Position numbers and translations under genes: made by a program
Origin: Candidatus Falkowbacteria bacterium
Lineage (GTDB): Bacteria > Patescibacteriota > Patescibacteriia > Patescibacteriales > UBA12075
Reading direction: 5' to 3'
Assembly: GCA_003514005.1 (NCBI GenBank)
Contig: DOSJ01000006.1
Span: 66,281 to 130,280, forward strand
Length of the DNA: 64,000 nt
Notes under the pieces: model-generated
What the model was told of the DNA's origin: nothing
Databases searched by the model: none
The model's input: only the letters and a program-made list of their open reading frames with translations
Part shown: one piece after another, positions 18,194 through 27,099 of the stretch
Layout of the letters: each line of letters opens with the position of its first letter
Position numbering within the stretch: position 1 is the first letter of the stretch

Positions 18194-18874
18194 TTATAAT
18201 ATATACTTCCCCACCGCCTGATCGCTGATAATTGTTCCGTTATCAATCGTTAGCACCCGCCTTTTCAAATTGTTGACGATCTCGCGATTATGAGTTACCA
18301 AGATAACAGTTGTGCCGAATTTATTTATCCGCAACAGTAGCTCGATGATTTCATTGGCGTTTAGTGAATCCAAATTGCCGGTCGGCTCGTCTGCCAAAAG
18401 AATCTTTGGTCTATGCACAAGCGCACGCGCGATTGCCGCTCTTTGCTGTTCACCGCCGGAAACTTCCTGCGGATAGTCGTTAACCTTTCTTTCCAATCCA
18501 ACGATTTTCATAACATGCGGAACTATCTTTTTTATCTTGCCGGAAGATCCGCCGCAAACTTGCATAGCAAAAGCGACATTTTCAAACAAAGTTTTTTTGC
18601 TAAGCAGTTTGAAATCTTGAAAAATTACGCCAATCTGCCGCCGTAATACCGGTATCTCTCTTTGCCGGATATTGGTAATATCCCATCCGCCGACCACGAT
18701 TTTTCCTTCATCAATCCCCTCTTCACCGATCATAGTTTTAACCAAAGTCGTTTTTCCGGTTCCGGATTGCCCGACAATAGAAACAAATTCACCCGGTTTG
18801 ATATGAAGATTGATTTTGTTCAAAGCCTTGCCACTTTTGTGATATGTTTTTGTAACGTTATAAAATCTGATCAT
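18194..18874 (-). CDS. ftsE: cell division ATP-binding protein FtsE
   Basis: Walker A GQSGTGKTT, ABC signature VSGGEQQR, Walker B ILLADEPTGNLD. Confidence 0.9.
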   Translation of the reverse strand: MIRFYNVTKTYHKSGKALNKINLHIKPGEFVSIVGQSGTGKTTLVKTMIGEEGIDEGKIVVGGWDITNIRQREIPVLRRQIGVIFQDFKLLSKKTLFENVAFAMQVCGGSSGKIKKIVPHVMKIVGLERKVNDYPQEVSGGEQQRAAIARALVHRPKILLADEPTGNLDSLNANEIIELLLRINKFGTTVILVTHNREIVNNLKRRVLTIDNGTIISDQAVGKYIL

Positions 18875-18903
18875 ATTTAAATTAAGCCTAATGGCACATT
18901 TCT

Positions 18904-18972
18904 TCGTTAATTTCGTTTATTTTCGTGTCTCTGTTTTAGATATAAACACGAAAATGACGAAAAAATACGAAT
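18904..18972. repeat. imperfect palindrome built from ttcgt/acgaa words
   Basis: ttcgttaatttcgtttattttcgtgt ... acacgaaaatgacgaaaaaatacgaa, with a 9-bp perfect core ttttcgtgt/acacgaaaa. Confidence 0.7.
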
Positions 18973-18992
18973 AAAAGAAAACATTGAAATCT

Positions 18993-20588
18993 CTATAACT
19001 TGATAAGTCCGTATTGGATTAGTTTTTCGGTTTCACTAAAACTTTGATCTCGCGTTTCTGCACCAAAGGTTACGACAATAATATTTTTGTTTTGTTTTGT
19101 TCCAACCCTTGTCATTAGACAATATCCAGATTCATTTAAATATCCTGTCTTTGATCCGTTGACTGTATATTTATCACTCTTGATTATCTGATTCGTATTT
19201 ACTATTTTGTGATATATTTTTTTATTTACAGTTGTGAATTCATACTGTCCTATGGTACTGGCTTTGGCAATAATCGGATGCTTCAAAACCTCTTTGGTTA
19301 TTATAGCATAATCGTGGACAGAACTCACGTTTTCCGGGGCCAGGCCTGTCGGTTCGATAAAGTGCGTCGTACTAGCGCCCCATTCCTTTACGACTGAGTT
19401 CATTTTCGCAATGAATTCATCCCTATTTAAGGGGCTTATGCGCACAAGCGACTCGATAGTATTGTTTGCCGAACCAACCAGCGAGGAGTATATCAGGTCG
19501 TTAATCGTCAAAGTCTCGCCGTCGCTAATCCGCAACCGGGCCGATTCCCACTTATTAACATGTTGATAATTATATTCTTCGTCCGCCACGCTATAAGCGA
19601 CTACGTTATCCAATGTCGGCTTCGTATCCAAAAAAACTTTAACAGCAATTAGCTTTGTCAGACTTGCCAAGGGCAAGGTCTCGCTACTGTTCTTTTCCCA
19701 AATAATTTTATTATCCGTTTCGTCCATGATTAGGGCTGACTTTAATTTTATTTGCGGCGCGTCGCTCGCGCTGGTCTCGTTATTGCTTAGCGCGCTTACG
19801 GATTTGAGCGTCGCAATGCTAAGTGGCTCTACCCTGACATTCAAAGTTCCTTCGCTTAAACTGCCGATTTTCAAAAAAGCATTTTTTTCCAAATCAACAA
19901 CACGATCCGGAAAAAGCTTGCGATCCGGTCCAAAATCATTCACAACAACATCTACGAATTTATTATTCGCTTGATTATAAACACGCAATTTTGAGCCGAT
20001 CGGAAAATCCGGCGATGCGGCAAAGTCGCCTGCTTTGTGCGCGTACCAGCTTGCTTTGCCGACAGTAAGGACATTTGGATAAGCGAAAACCGCAATCCGC
20101 GCATAAGGCAAATGGATTAGCGAACGGACAAACTTTTCCTTGGGAAAATCCGTTGTGGGCAATGGCCGCCAAGAGCCGAAATTCTTATCATAAAAAAACA
20201 CTTGCTTGTGGAAATTGTTTACTTCGTTATAGGCAAATTGGATATAAAACGGCTTGTGGTTATCATAGGCCGCTTTGTTCATGAATTCAAACTGAAAAAC
20301 ATCGCTAATCATATTCATCTGCCAAGGCAAAGGCAATTCTTCACGCAAATCCAAAATCTCCACGCGCGTATCTTCTGACAAAATCCCCGGAACCAAAGAT
20401 AATTTCAACTTATCCCCAAACCCACTCACAGTGTAGCCCTTGGCAATCGTTGCTTTATCCAGATTAATCGAATACAAACTATTTTCCAGCACCGCTGTCA
20501 AACCCGCCTCTTCTGCAGAAACACAAAAAGGAAAAATAATAAACGAAGTAATCAATAAATATTGTAAGAATTTTTTTTTCATAACCAT
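18993..20588 (-). CDS. secreted fusion: RlpA-like double-psi beta-barrel domain + S11 D-alanyl-D-alanine carboxypeptidase
   Basis: Signal peptide. GKASWYAHKAGDFAASPDFPIGSKLRVYN..VDVVVNDFGP is RlpA/DPBB-like. S11 motifs: SxxK (ASLTK), SxN (GSANN), KTG (GSKTG). Confidence 0.75.
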   Translation of the reverse strand: MVMKKKFLQYLLITSFIIFPFCVSAEEAGLTAVLENSLYSINLDKATIAKGYTVSGFGDKLKLSLVPGILSEDTRVEILDLREELPLPWQMNMISDVFQFEFMNKAAYDNHKPFYIQFAYNEVNNFHKQVFFYDKNFGSWRPLPTTDFPKEKFVRSLIHLPYARIAVFAYPNVLTVGKASWYAHKAGDFAASPDFPIGSKLRVYNQANNKFVDVVVNDFGPDRKLFPDRVVDLEKNAFLKIGSLSEGTLNVRVEPLSIATLKSVSALSNNETSASDAPQIKLKSALIMDETDNKIIWEKNSSETLPLASLTKLIAVKVFLDTKPTLDNVVAYSVADEEYNYQHVNKWESARLRISDGETLTINDLIYSSLVGSANNTIESLVRISPLNRDEFIAKMNSVVKEWGASTTHFIEPTGLAPENVSSVHDYAIITKEVLKHPIIAKASTIGQYEFTTVNKKIYHKIVNTNQIIKSDKYTVNGSKTGYLNESGYCLMTRVGTKQNKNIIVVTFGAETRDQSFSETEKLIQYGLIKL

Positions 20589-20823
20589 TAAATTATAGCA
20601 CGTAACTTATTATTAAACCAGTTTAGAATTAGTTTAGAATTAATAATTTATGCTAAAATAAATATTGCAGTGTAGTAAAGGCTTAAATTAGTTATTATCG
20701 AAGCGAGGACTGTTCGAACAACGCGCAACATGAAACACGCAACACACAATAGACGATATTTTACTATTAAAAAAGTTTCTTTATACAATTCTGTGGGTAA
20801 ATATTAAACGTTTTTCCTTTATT

Positions 20824-20975
20824 TGTCATTCCCGCGTAGGCGGGAATCTTGGTGAAAAAATAATTAGATATTTATTCACCAAGATTCCCGATCATTTAAT
20901 ATTTATTCCCTGCGGGGCTATGGAGTGTCGGGAATGACAAAATATTTTAACCATAAAATTATCTAAAGAACCAAA
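20824..20975 (+). repeat. MITE-like hairpin repeat, copy 4 (type B)
   Basis: Same arms as copy 2. The 3' tail aatattttaaccataaaattatctaaagaaccaa is shared with copy 1. Confidence 0.9.
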
Positions 20976-21081
20976 AAAATTTGAATAGCAAATAACTAAT
21001 CCAAGCCTTTACGGAACGGTGCTTGATAGATATAATGACGATATTGCATTTTTTCAAAAATACTATATTATTAAAATATTC

Positions 21082-21152
21082 GCGAGCGTAGTATAATGGT
21101 AATACGCGACCTTCCCAAGGTTGAGTCGTGGGTTCGATTCCCATCGCTCGCT
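21082..21152 (+). tRNA. tRNA-Gly (CCC)
   Basis: Manual cloverleaf: GCGAGCG/CGCTCGC acceptor, anticodon loop TTCCCAA, T arm GTGGG-TTCGATT-CCCAT, discriminator T. CCA not encoded. Confidence 0.85.
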
Positions 21153-21155
21153 CAG

Positions 21156-21214
21156 GTGATTTTCGATTTTCGATTTACGATTTTTTAAATCGTAAATCGT
21201 AAATCATAAATCGC
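21156..21214 (+). repeat. long hairpin of 7-nt words in the tRNA-Gly/tRNA-Thr spacer
   Basis: gattttc gattttc gatttac gatttt / aaatcgt aaatcgt aaatcat aaatcgc. About 27 bp with 3 mismatches by hand pairing. Confidence 0.8.
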
Positions 21215-21224
21215 AAATCCCAAC

Positions 21225-21297
21225 GCCGAAATAGCTCAATTGGTAGAGCAATCCCTTCGTAAGGGAGAGGTTGTCGGTTCAAGTCCGATTTTCGGCT
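21225..21297 (+). tRNA. tRNA-Thr (CGT)
   Basis: Manual cloverleaf: GCCGAAA/TTTCGGC acceptor, anticodon loop TTCGTAA, T arm GTCGG-TTCAAGT-CCGAT, discriminator T. CCA not encoded. Confidence 0.85.
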
Positions 21298-21314
21298 CAA
21301 TCATTATCCGTGCA

Positions 21315-21338
21315 AATCCGCGTAAAAATCCGCGTAAA
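21315..21338. repeat. tandem aatccgcgtaaa x2, reverse complement of the 2194-2231 word
   Basis: Exact 12-mers at 21315-21326 and 21327-21338, with degenerate units on both sides. Confidence 0.8.
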
Positions 21339-21350
21339 TCAGCGTCTCTT

Positions 21351-22733
21351 TCAATCAACAAAACTGATAAATTTATAGCCCTCTATCATTTGCTTTAAAT
21401 ACTTATCAAAATTTTCATTTTTCACCAGAACATAGCTGAGTATCTGCTCTTTTTCGTTTTTTTCAAAACAGCGAAAAATATAATAGCCGTTATCCGCAAC
21501 CACGATTTCGCTGATAGCTCCGACCTCTAGGTTTTCCAGCTTTTTGTAGTATGGCAATTCTTCTTTATTCTCTGACAAAATCGTTGTCTTACCCAGCTCA
21601 TCGCCGTATTTTTCTGATACGCGCACAAAATCATTCTTTTCATCAATCATCTTCTTTATACTCCTTATCCGATTAATCGCGACCTGATTTATCACCTCGT
21701 CAAAAAGAGCTTTGGCGGCCAAATCTTTCATGGGTGCGTCTTTTTTAATCTCGGAAAATGCGATCGACGGCAACGAATAACGTTTCGCCAGCTCATTCAT
21801 GGCCAGATATTGCGCCAAATCTTTTCGCGCCGCTACTTCCAAGCTTTCACCTTCCTCGGGTTCAGCTTGTTTTTTTATGTCTTGCCAAAAATAATAATCA
21901 ATCACCTTGCCTTTGACAATAAACGCCGGCAAAGGAATATGGCGTGATAAGGCGCGCGCGATTGGTTTGTCAAAATCGGTTTTAATAATAAACAGGACAA
22001 AACCGAAATATAAAAATAACAAAACCAGAAAAAAAGCAATTATCATGAATAAGGCTTTTTTGGTATATTTCCAAAAATCTTTTTTAAATCCTTCCCAATT
22101 TTTTTTAAAACTATTTTTTGTTTGTTTAAAAAAATTTAGCAAAGCTTTTTGGCTTTTTTCCAATTTATTTCGTCGCTCCGCTTTTTTCTGCGCTTTTTCT
22201 TTTATATTTTTTTCTATTAATTCTTTTTTTTGCTTTTCTTTTTCTTTTTTATCGATCTGTTTAAAATCAGCTTTATTCTCTACTGCTTTTTTCTCTTCCA
22301 CTTTTTTTTCCGGTTTTGCTTTTAGCGGTTTTTCTTCTACTATTGCTTTCTTTACTTCTTTTTTTATTGTCTTTTTCAATGGAAAACCAAGCACTTTTTC
22401 AATGCTTGTTTTTCTTTTTCGGTCTAGGCGATCGTCTGTGGCATTGAGCAAATTAATCGAATCAATGAATTTCAAACCCTTGTCTTTCTTGATATTCAAA
22501 TCATATTCTTTTCTCTGTTCTTCTTTTTTCGCCTCCAAAAGATTTGCCGCCTCGCTTTTCAAAACGCTTTTGCGCGCCAAACCGTCCAGAGCGTATTTTT
22601 TTTCGCCTTTTTCCGGTGTGGTATTTTCATTCTCACCAATCGACTCCAGCACAATCTTCCGCGAATTCGCGATCTGCTCACTACCGGCCTTCAAACCGTC
22701 AATCCTCTTCTCAATTTTATTTTCGTTTGGCAT
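21351..22733 (-). CDS. membrane-anchored K/E-rich protein with possible degenerate parvulin/PrsA-like C-terminal domain
   Basis: About 220 aa of charged low complexity, one TM (ALFMIIAFFLVLLFLYFGFVLFII). The C-terminus ...DFVRVSEKYGDE...VGAISEIVVADNGYYIFRC resembles a PpiC-type fold pattern. Confidence 0.4.
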   Translation of the reverse strand: MPNENKIEKRIDGLKAGSEQIANSRKIVLESIGENENTTPEKGEKKYALDGLARKSVLKSEAANLLEAKKEEQRKEYDLNIKKDKGLKFIDSINLLNATDDRLDRKRKTSIEKVLGFPLKKTIKKEVKKAIVEEKPLKAKPEKKVEEKKAVENKADFKQIDKKEKEKQKKELIEKNIKEKAQKKAERRNKLEKSQKALLNFFKQTKNSFKKNWEGFKKDFWKYTKKALFMIIAFFLVLLFLYFGFVLFIIKTDFDKPIARALSRHIPLPAFIVKGKVIDYYFWQDIKKQAEPEEGESLEVAARKDLAQYLAMNELAKRYSLPSIAFSEIKKDAPMKDLAAKALFDEVINQVAINRIRSIKKMIDEKNDFVRVSEKYGDELGKTTILSENKEELPYYKKLENLEVGAISEIVVADNGYYIFRCFEKNEKEQILSYVLVKNENFDKYLKQMIEGYKFISFVD

Positions 22734-22797
22734 ATATTCAATAATGATTTTTTAGAAAAAACTATAGTTAAAATTAGTATTTCTTTGTAACACGGAT

Positions 22798-22935
22798 TTA
22801 ATTTTTAATTTTTAATTTGAAATTTTTATTAAATTTTTAGTTTTTAATTTTCAAAAATTTATTTAACAAAATAAATATAAATTTAAACATTTAAAATTTA
22901 TTAAAAATTTCAAATTAAAAATTTCAAATTAAAAA
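22798..22935. repeat. AT-only inverted repeat of taatttt/aaattaa words
   Basis: tttttaatttgaaatttttattaaat ... atttattaaaaatttcaaattaaaaa. The right arm runs into the stop of the FtsB-like gene. Confidence 0.6.
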
Positions 22936-23360
22936 AAGTACTCCCACCATTGCCGCGGATTGCTGATTGGTTTTTTTGTTTCTTCGTTTTTTCCTTTTAT
23001 GTCGTAGGGTGAATCCTCTGTTGCAAGCGCGCCTTCTTTGCCCGCGTTTTCTTTGTCTTTTATCACAATCATCTCCTCCCCTTCTTTTTTATAATTAAGA
23101 TTCAAGCGCGCTTGTTCGGCGATAAACTGATCCGATTCAAGATATTCAGCCAGCTTGCTAAGCTCTTGATTTTTCTTTTCCATTTCTTTGATTTCTTCCT
23201 GCAGTTTTTTGATCTCCTGATTTATAGTATAGCGCTTGCTGACATTTTTTGCCATCGGTATGCTGATAAAAATAATAATCGCCAGCCCGATCAGGCTGAT
23301 AAAAATTTTATGCGAAAATATTTTTTTGATTAGGCTTTCTTTTTTTCTTCGAAAAATCAT
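22929..23360 (-). CDS. septum formation initiator (FtsB/DivIC-like)
   Basis: N-terminal TM, coiled coil (EIKKLQEEIKEMEKKNQELSKL), then FIAEQARLNLNYKKEGEEMIVI, typical of the DivIC family. ATGA overlap with the upstream ATPase. Confidence 0.7.
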   Translation of the reverse strand: MIFRRKKESLIKKIFSHKIFISLIGLAIIIFISIPMAKNVSKRYTINQEIKKLQEEIKEMEKKNQELSKLAEYLESDQFIAEQARLNLNYKKEGEEMIVIKDKENAGKEGALATEDSPYDIKGKNEETKKPISNPRQWWEYFF

Positions 23361-26083
23361 AGCTCGATGTTACTATTTAAATGCCTTATTCTTTCTTTTT
23401 TTATTTTAATTATGTGCTTTGTTTTGACAATTTCAATCAACGCGATGCTTAGAAGGCCGATTCCAAAAGCAGTAAGCCAGCCGAACATATCCAAATCCAC
23501 AGTAGACAAAATCGTCTGCAGAGGATGCCAATAGATACCCAGAAGCATAAAACAAAAGCTCGCCGATACGGCAACCAAGAGATACGGGTTTTCCAAATGA
23601 TTGATTTTCCAAATGCGGGTATTGAAAGATCGCAAGCTGAATATGGTCATAAGCGATTTGATACCAAGGATGGCAAACATTAACGTCCTTAAATACGCCT
23701 GCGATTCAAGCGAGCCGTTGCTATAGGTCCAGAGCAGAAAAAAAAGGCCAAAGATTAGAACATCGCGGATTATGCCGACATTAAAAATGATTTTTTTCAT
23801 CTCAACATTAAGCAAAGGTTCGTTTTTTAAAAGCGGTTTTTCTTTCATGATTGTACCGTGTTCATTTTCAAAGGCCAGAGAAAAATGCGGCAGGCTGTCA
23901 TTGATAATATTTATCCACAAAATCTGCGCCGGCAAAATCGCCAAAGGCGTATTAAACAAAATCGAGCCGACAATAAGGATCATCTCGGAAAAGCTGTCTG
24001 ACACCAAAAAGGTTATGACTTTTCTAATATTCTTGAATATTATCCGGCCTTGTTTTATCGCCGAAACAATCGTGCTGAAATTGTCATCCAGCAAAACCAA
24101 ATCCGCCGTCTCTTTGGCAATATCCGTTCCTGTCCCCAGGGCAATGCCGATATCCGAGGCTTTGAGCGCCGGCGAATCGTTGATGCCGTCCCCGGTCATG
24201 GCAACCACTTCGCCGCGAGCACGCAGGGCTTTGACAATGCGCAATTTGTGGTGCGGACTGACACGTGCGTAAACATCTATTTCAGAAACCAGATGGAATA
24301 ACTTATCGTCATCAATCGCGTCCAGTGCTTCGCCTGTGATAATATTTTCGGTTTTGACTTTAAGGCCGATTTCAGAAGCAATCGCCTTGGCAGTCAGCTT
24401 GTGGTCTCCGGTTATCATAATCGGACGAATGCCGGCTTCGATACATTGCCGGATTGTTTCCTTGGCCTCGGGGCGCAATGGATCCTTAATTGCGATAAAG
24501 CCGATAAACGTCATTTCCCTGTTTATTGCTTCCCAGTTTATATTACCCTTTTCACAATAATCAGAGTATTCTTTATTTGGCAAATTGCGAATAGCCACAC
24601 CGATTACGCGCAGTCCCCTTGCCGTTAATTTTTCGTATGTGCCGATTAGCTTGTGTTTTTCTTCTTTTGATAATTTTTTAACATCACCCAAATGATAAAA
24701 TTCGCTTGATTTTTCCAAAAGCCTTTCCGGCGCGCCTTTCTCATACAAAACAAAATCACCGTCTTGACCCTCGTGCAGACTTAACATGTATTTCTTTTCA
24801 CTATCAAAAGGCATTTCACCGATCTTTGGCTCAATCTTGAGAAGCTCTTCTTTGCGTACCCCCGCCTGGATAGCGGCGGACAAAAGAGCGGTTTCGGTTC
24901 CGGATCCGATAAAGCGCCAAGCCGATAGTTCGTCATTTGGATTTTCCACAAAAGCGTCATTGCACATGGCCGCGCTTTGCAAGGCTAGGCTGACCGCGGC
25001 CGCTTCTTTTTCTTCTTGCCGACTGCCAAGTGTTGCCATCTCAAATTCTTTCTCCCCGATAACGATATGCGCGACTTGCATCTTGCCTTCGGTCAATGTT
25101 CCGGTTTTGTCAGTGCAAATGACAGTAACCGATCCCAGAGTTTCCGCCGAAACTAGTTTTCTAGTCAATGCCTTTTTTTTCAAAATTCTCTGCATCCCGA
25201 GCGCCAAAATAAAAGTAACCGCAACCGTAAGGCCCTCGGGTATCGAGGCCACGCCGACTGCCACTCCTGTTTCTATCATAGTAAGCAATGGACGTCCTTG
25301 AGCCAACCCAGCCACAACTATCAAGATACAAATCAAAGAAAATATTAATCCCAAAGTACGGCTAAACGAACCAAGTCGCAATTGCAAAGGCGTTTTTTCC
25401 TCTTTGGTTTCGTTTACGAGGGCGGCAATTTTTCCAATCTCTGTATTCCTTCCCGTTGCGCAGACTATCGCCCTTCCCTGTCCGCGGACAACAAGCGTAC
25501 CGGCATAGACCATATTTCCCCGATCCGCCAAAACCGCGTTAGCAAAAACAATCTTGATGTTCTTGCTTGCCGGCAATGATTCGCCGGTTAACCCGGATTC
25601 ATTTATCTCCAAATCAGCGGACTCGATTATTCTGGCATCCGCCGCTATGCGATTACCGGCTTTGATTATTAGGATATCGCCGATAACAACCTCTGCGCTC
25701 AAAACCATTTTTTCCTGCCCATCGCGCAAAACAAAAGCTTTGTGCTCTACCAGCTGTCTTAATTTTGCAATAGCCTGACTGGCTTTATTTTCCTGAAAAA
25801 AACCAATGATAACATTTATAAAAACAGCGCTAAAAATAACTCCGGCATCCACTCTTTCACCCAAAAAAAGGGACAATGCGCCGGCAAATAGCAAAATATA
25901 TACCAATGAATTATTAAATTGCGATATAAATATCTTAAAAGCGCCTAAAGTTTTTTCTTTGGGTATTTCGTTTAATCCGTTTTTTTGCAAACGCTTTTCG
26001 GCCTCTATACTACTTAGTCCGTTTTTCCCGCTTTTTAGCTTTTCGATAATCGATTTTACATCATGACTATGGTAATTCTCCAT
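23357..26083 (-). CDS. cation-transporting P-type ATPase (P2, Ca2+/PMCA-SERCA-like)
   Basis: TGES, ICTDKTGTLT, MITGDH, TGDGINDSPALK, and 10-TM-like hydrophobic blocks. 908 aa. Confidence 0.9.
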   Translation of the reverse strand: MENYHSHDVKSIIEKLKSGKNGLSSIEAEKRLQKNGLNEIPKEKTLGAFKIFISQFNNSLVYILLFAGALSLFLGERVDAGVIFSAVFINVIIGFFQENKASQAIAKLRQLVEHKAFVLRDGQEKMVLSAEVVIGDILIIKAGNRIAADARIIESADLEINESGLTGESLPASKNIKIVFANAVLADRGNMVYAGTLVVRGQGRAIVCATGRNTEIGKIAALVNETKEEKTPLQLRLGSFSRTLGLIFSLICILIVVAGLAQGRPLLTMIETGVAVGVASIPEGLTVAVTFILALGMQRILKKKALTRKLVSAETLGSVTVICTDKTGTLTEGKMQVAHIVIGEKEFEMATLGSRQEEKEAAAVSLALQSAAMCNDAFVENPNDELSAWRFIGSGTETALLSAAIQAGVRKEELLKIEPKIGEMPFDSEKKYMLSLHEGQDGDFVLYEKGAPERLLEKSSEFYHLGDVKKLSKEEKHKLIGTYEKLTARGLRVIGVAIRNLPNKEYSDYCEKGNINWEAINREMTFIGFIAIKDPLRPEAKETIRQCIEAGIRPIMITGDHKLTAKAIASEIGLKVKTENIITGEALDAIDDDKLFHLVSEIDVYARVSPHHKLRIVKALRARGEVVAMTGDGINDSPALKASDIGIALGTGTDIAKETADLVLLDDNFSTIVSAIKQGRIIFKNIRKVITFLVSDSFSEMILIVGSILFNTPLAILPAQILWINIINDSLPHFSLAFENEHGTIMKEKPLLKNEPLLNVEMKKIIFNVGIIRDVLIFGLFFLLWTYSNGSLESQAYLRTLMFAILGIKSLMTIFSLRSFNTRIWKINHLENPYLLVAVSASFCFMLLGIYWHPLQTILSTVDLDMFGWLTAFGIGLLSIALIEIVKTKHIIKIKKERIRHLNSNIEL

Positions 26084-26202
26084 TTTTTGCTAATTATAAA
26101 CAAATTCTAATTAATCAAAACTCTTAATAACCTCTCCTATTATAACACAAAAAACGATTATTTTCCAAATTTTATTATTTGACAAAAAACAAAAAAAATG
26201 TC

Positions 26203-26231
26203 TTGACATATTACTAAAAATATGCTAAGAT
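26203..26231 (+). promoter_or_regulatory. sigma70-like promoter P1 of the secreted-protein operon
   Basis: TTGACA, 17 nt spacer ending in atgc, then TAAGAT. The ~110-nt leader has small hairpins (attggg-aatat-cccaat, acgcaa-gcga-ttgcgt). Confidence 0.6.
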
Positions 26232-26343
26232 TTGAAATCAAAATATATTTTTTGATATTGGGAATATCCCAATTTTCTTTGACAACTTAATAACGCAAGC
26301 GATTGCGTGATAATATTTTTTTTCATTTTACAAGGAGGAAATT

Positions 26344-27087
26344 ATGAAGTATCTATTTGTAGTTATTTTTTTGTGCTTAATTGTCACAAGCCCTTTGTCT
26401 GCTGGAAATTATACCACTACTGAAGACGGAAAAATTGTATTTCACATTGAATCACTTGATCATAATTCCAGGGCAAATCTTGAAGTAAGTTATCCCGGAA
26501 ATGAAAGTGGCTCAATACATGTAGACAATGTTTATGTCATCAGCTTGCACGAATCATCAACAGACGAACAGGGCGGCAAAGCAAATTCATTATTCGGAAA
26601 ATCGGAAGTTATTATTTCCGCTTCCGGCACAATCACCATCAAGGGCGAGGGAATGTCCGGCGGAAATTCTGTAATAAAAACTGAATTTGCCGAGGCAAGA
26701 GCAGAAAGAACACAAACATTTTTATTTGACGGAAAATGTTTAACCGTTATTGATGCCAAGGAAAATATATCAATTGAAGGATATACTGCGGCATACACCA
26801 GTTCTGATGGAAGATACGTTGGAGCCGAAGTTAGCGGAAAAACAGTCATCGGTTCAAATGATTTTTCCGCAAAAATTGTCAATCAAGGTTGGGTAACTGC
26901 AAAATCCAGAGATCAAAACGGCCCTAATTATATTACTGCCATTGGTAATGCCGGCTATAACGCCCTGCCAAACACAACCGGCTTCGCAAAAACGGAAGCA
27001 TACACACAAATGGGTACTGACAAATACGGCGGTATTTCGGCAACTGGATTTGTTCAATCAGTTGTGAATACAAAGCCAAACAATTAA
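26344..27087 (+). CDS. secreted hypothetical protein (247 aa, beta-rich)
   Basis: Signal peptide MKYLFVVIFLCLIVTSPLSA. AAGGAGGA SD. No family recognised. Confidence 0.7.
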   Translation: MKYLFVVIFLCLIVTSPLSAGNYTTTEDGKIVFHIESLDHNSRANLEVSYPGNESGSIHVDNVYVISLHESSTDEQGGKANSLFGKSEVIISASGTITIKGEGMSGGNSVIKTEFAEARAERTQTFLFDGKCLTVIDAKENISIEGYTAAYTSSDGRYVGAEVSGKTVIGSNDFSAKIVNQGWVTAKSRDQNGPNYITAIGNAGYNALPNTTGFAKTEAYTQMGTDKYGGISATGFVQSVVNTKPNN

Positions 27088-27099
27088 CAGGAGGAAAAA

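Noticed and set aside
20959-21144. 61-aa minus-strand ORF
   Set aside because: It runs antisense through tRNA-Gly (MGIEPTTQPWEGRVLPLYY is the typical translation of a tRNA gene) and through the repeat tail. Spurious.
21907-22755. 282-aa plus-strand ORF (plus 22544..22744)
   Set aside because: Low-complexity F/S/K shadow ORF antisense to the K/E-rich 21351..22733 gene. No start context. The opposite-strand ORF has a TM helix and a structured C-terminal domain.
24786-25301. 171-aa plus-strand ORF and many other 60-170 aa ORFs antisense to long conserved genes (for example 60097..60612, 12706..13173, 49831..50292, 31085..31513, 61636..62037)
   Set aside because: Each is fully nested antisense within a gene that has clear family motifs. 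They have biased S/P/A/R-rich or F/L-rich composition and no SD or promoter. Treated as shadow ORFs.
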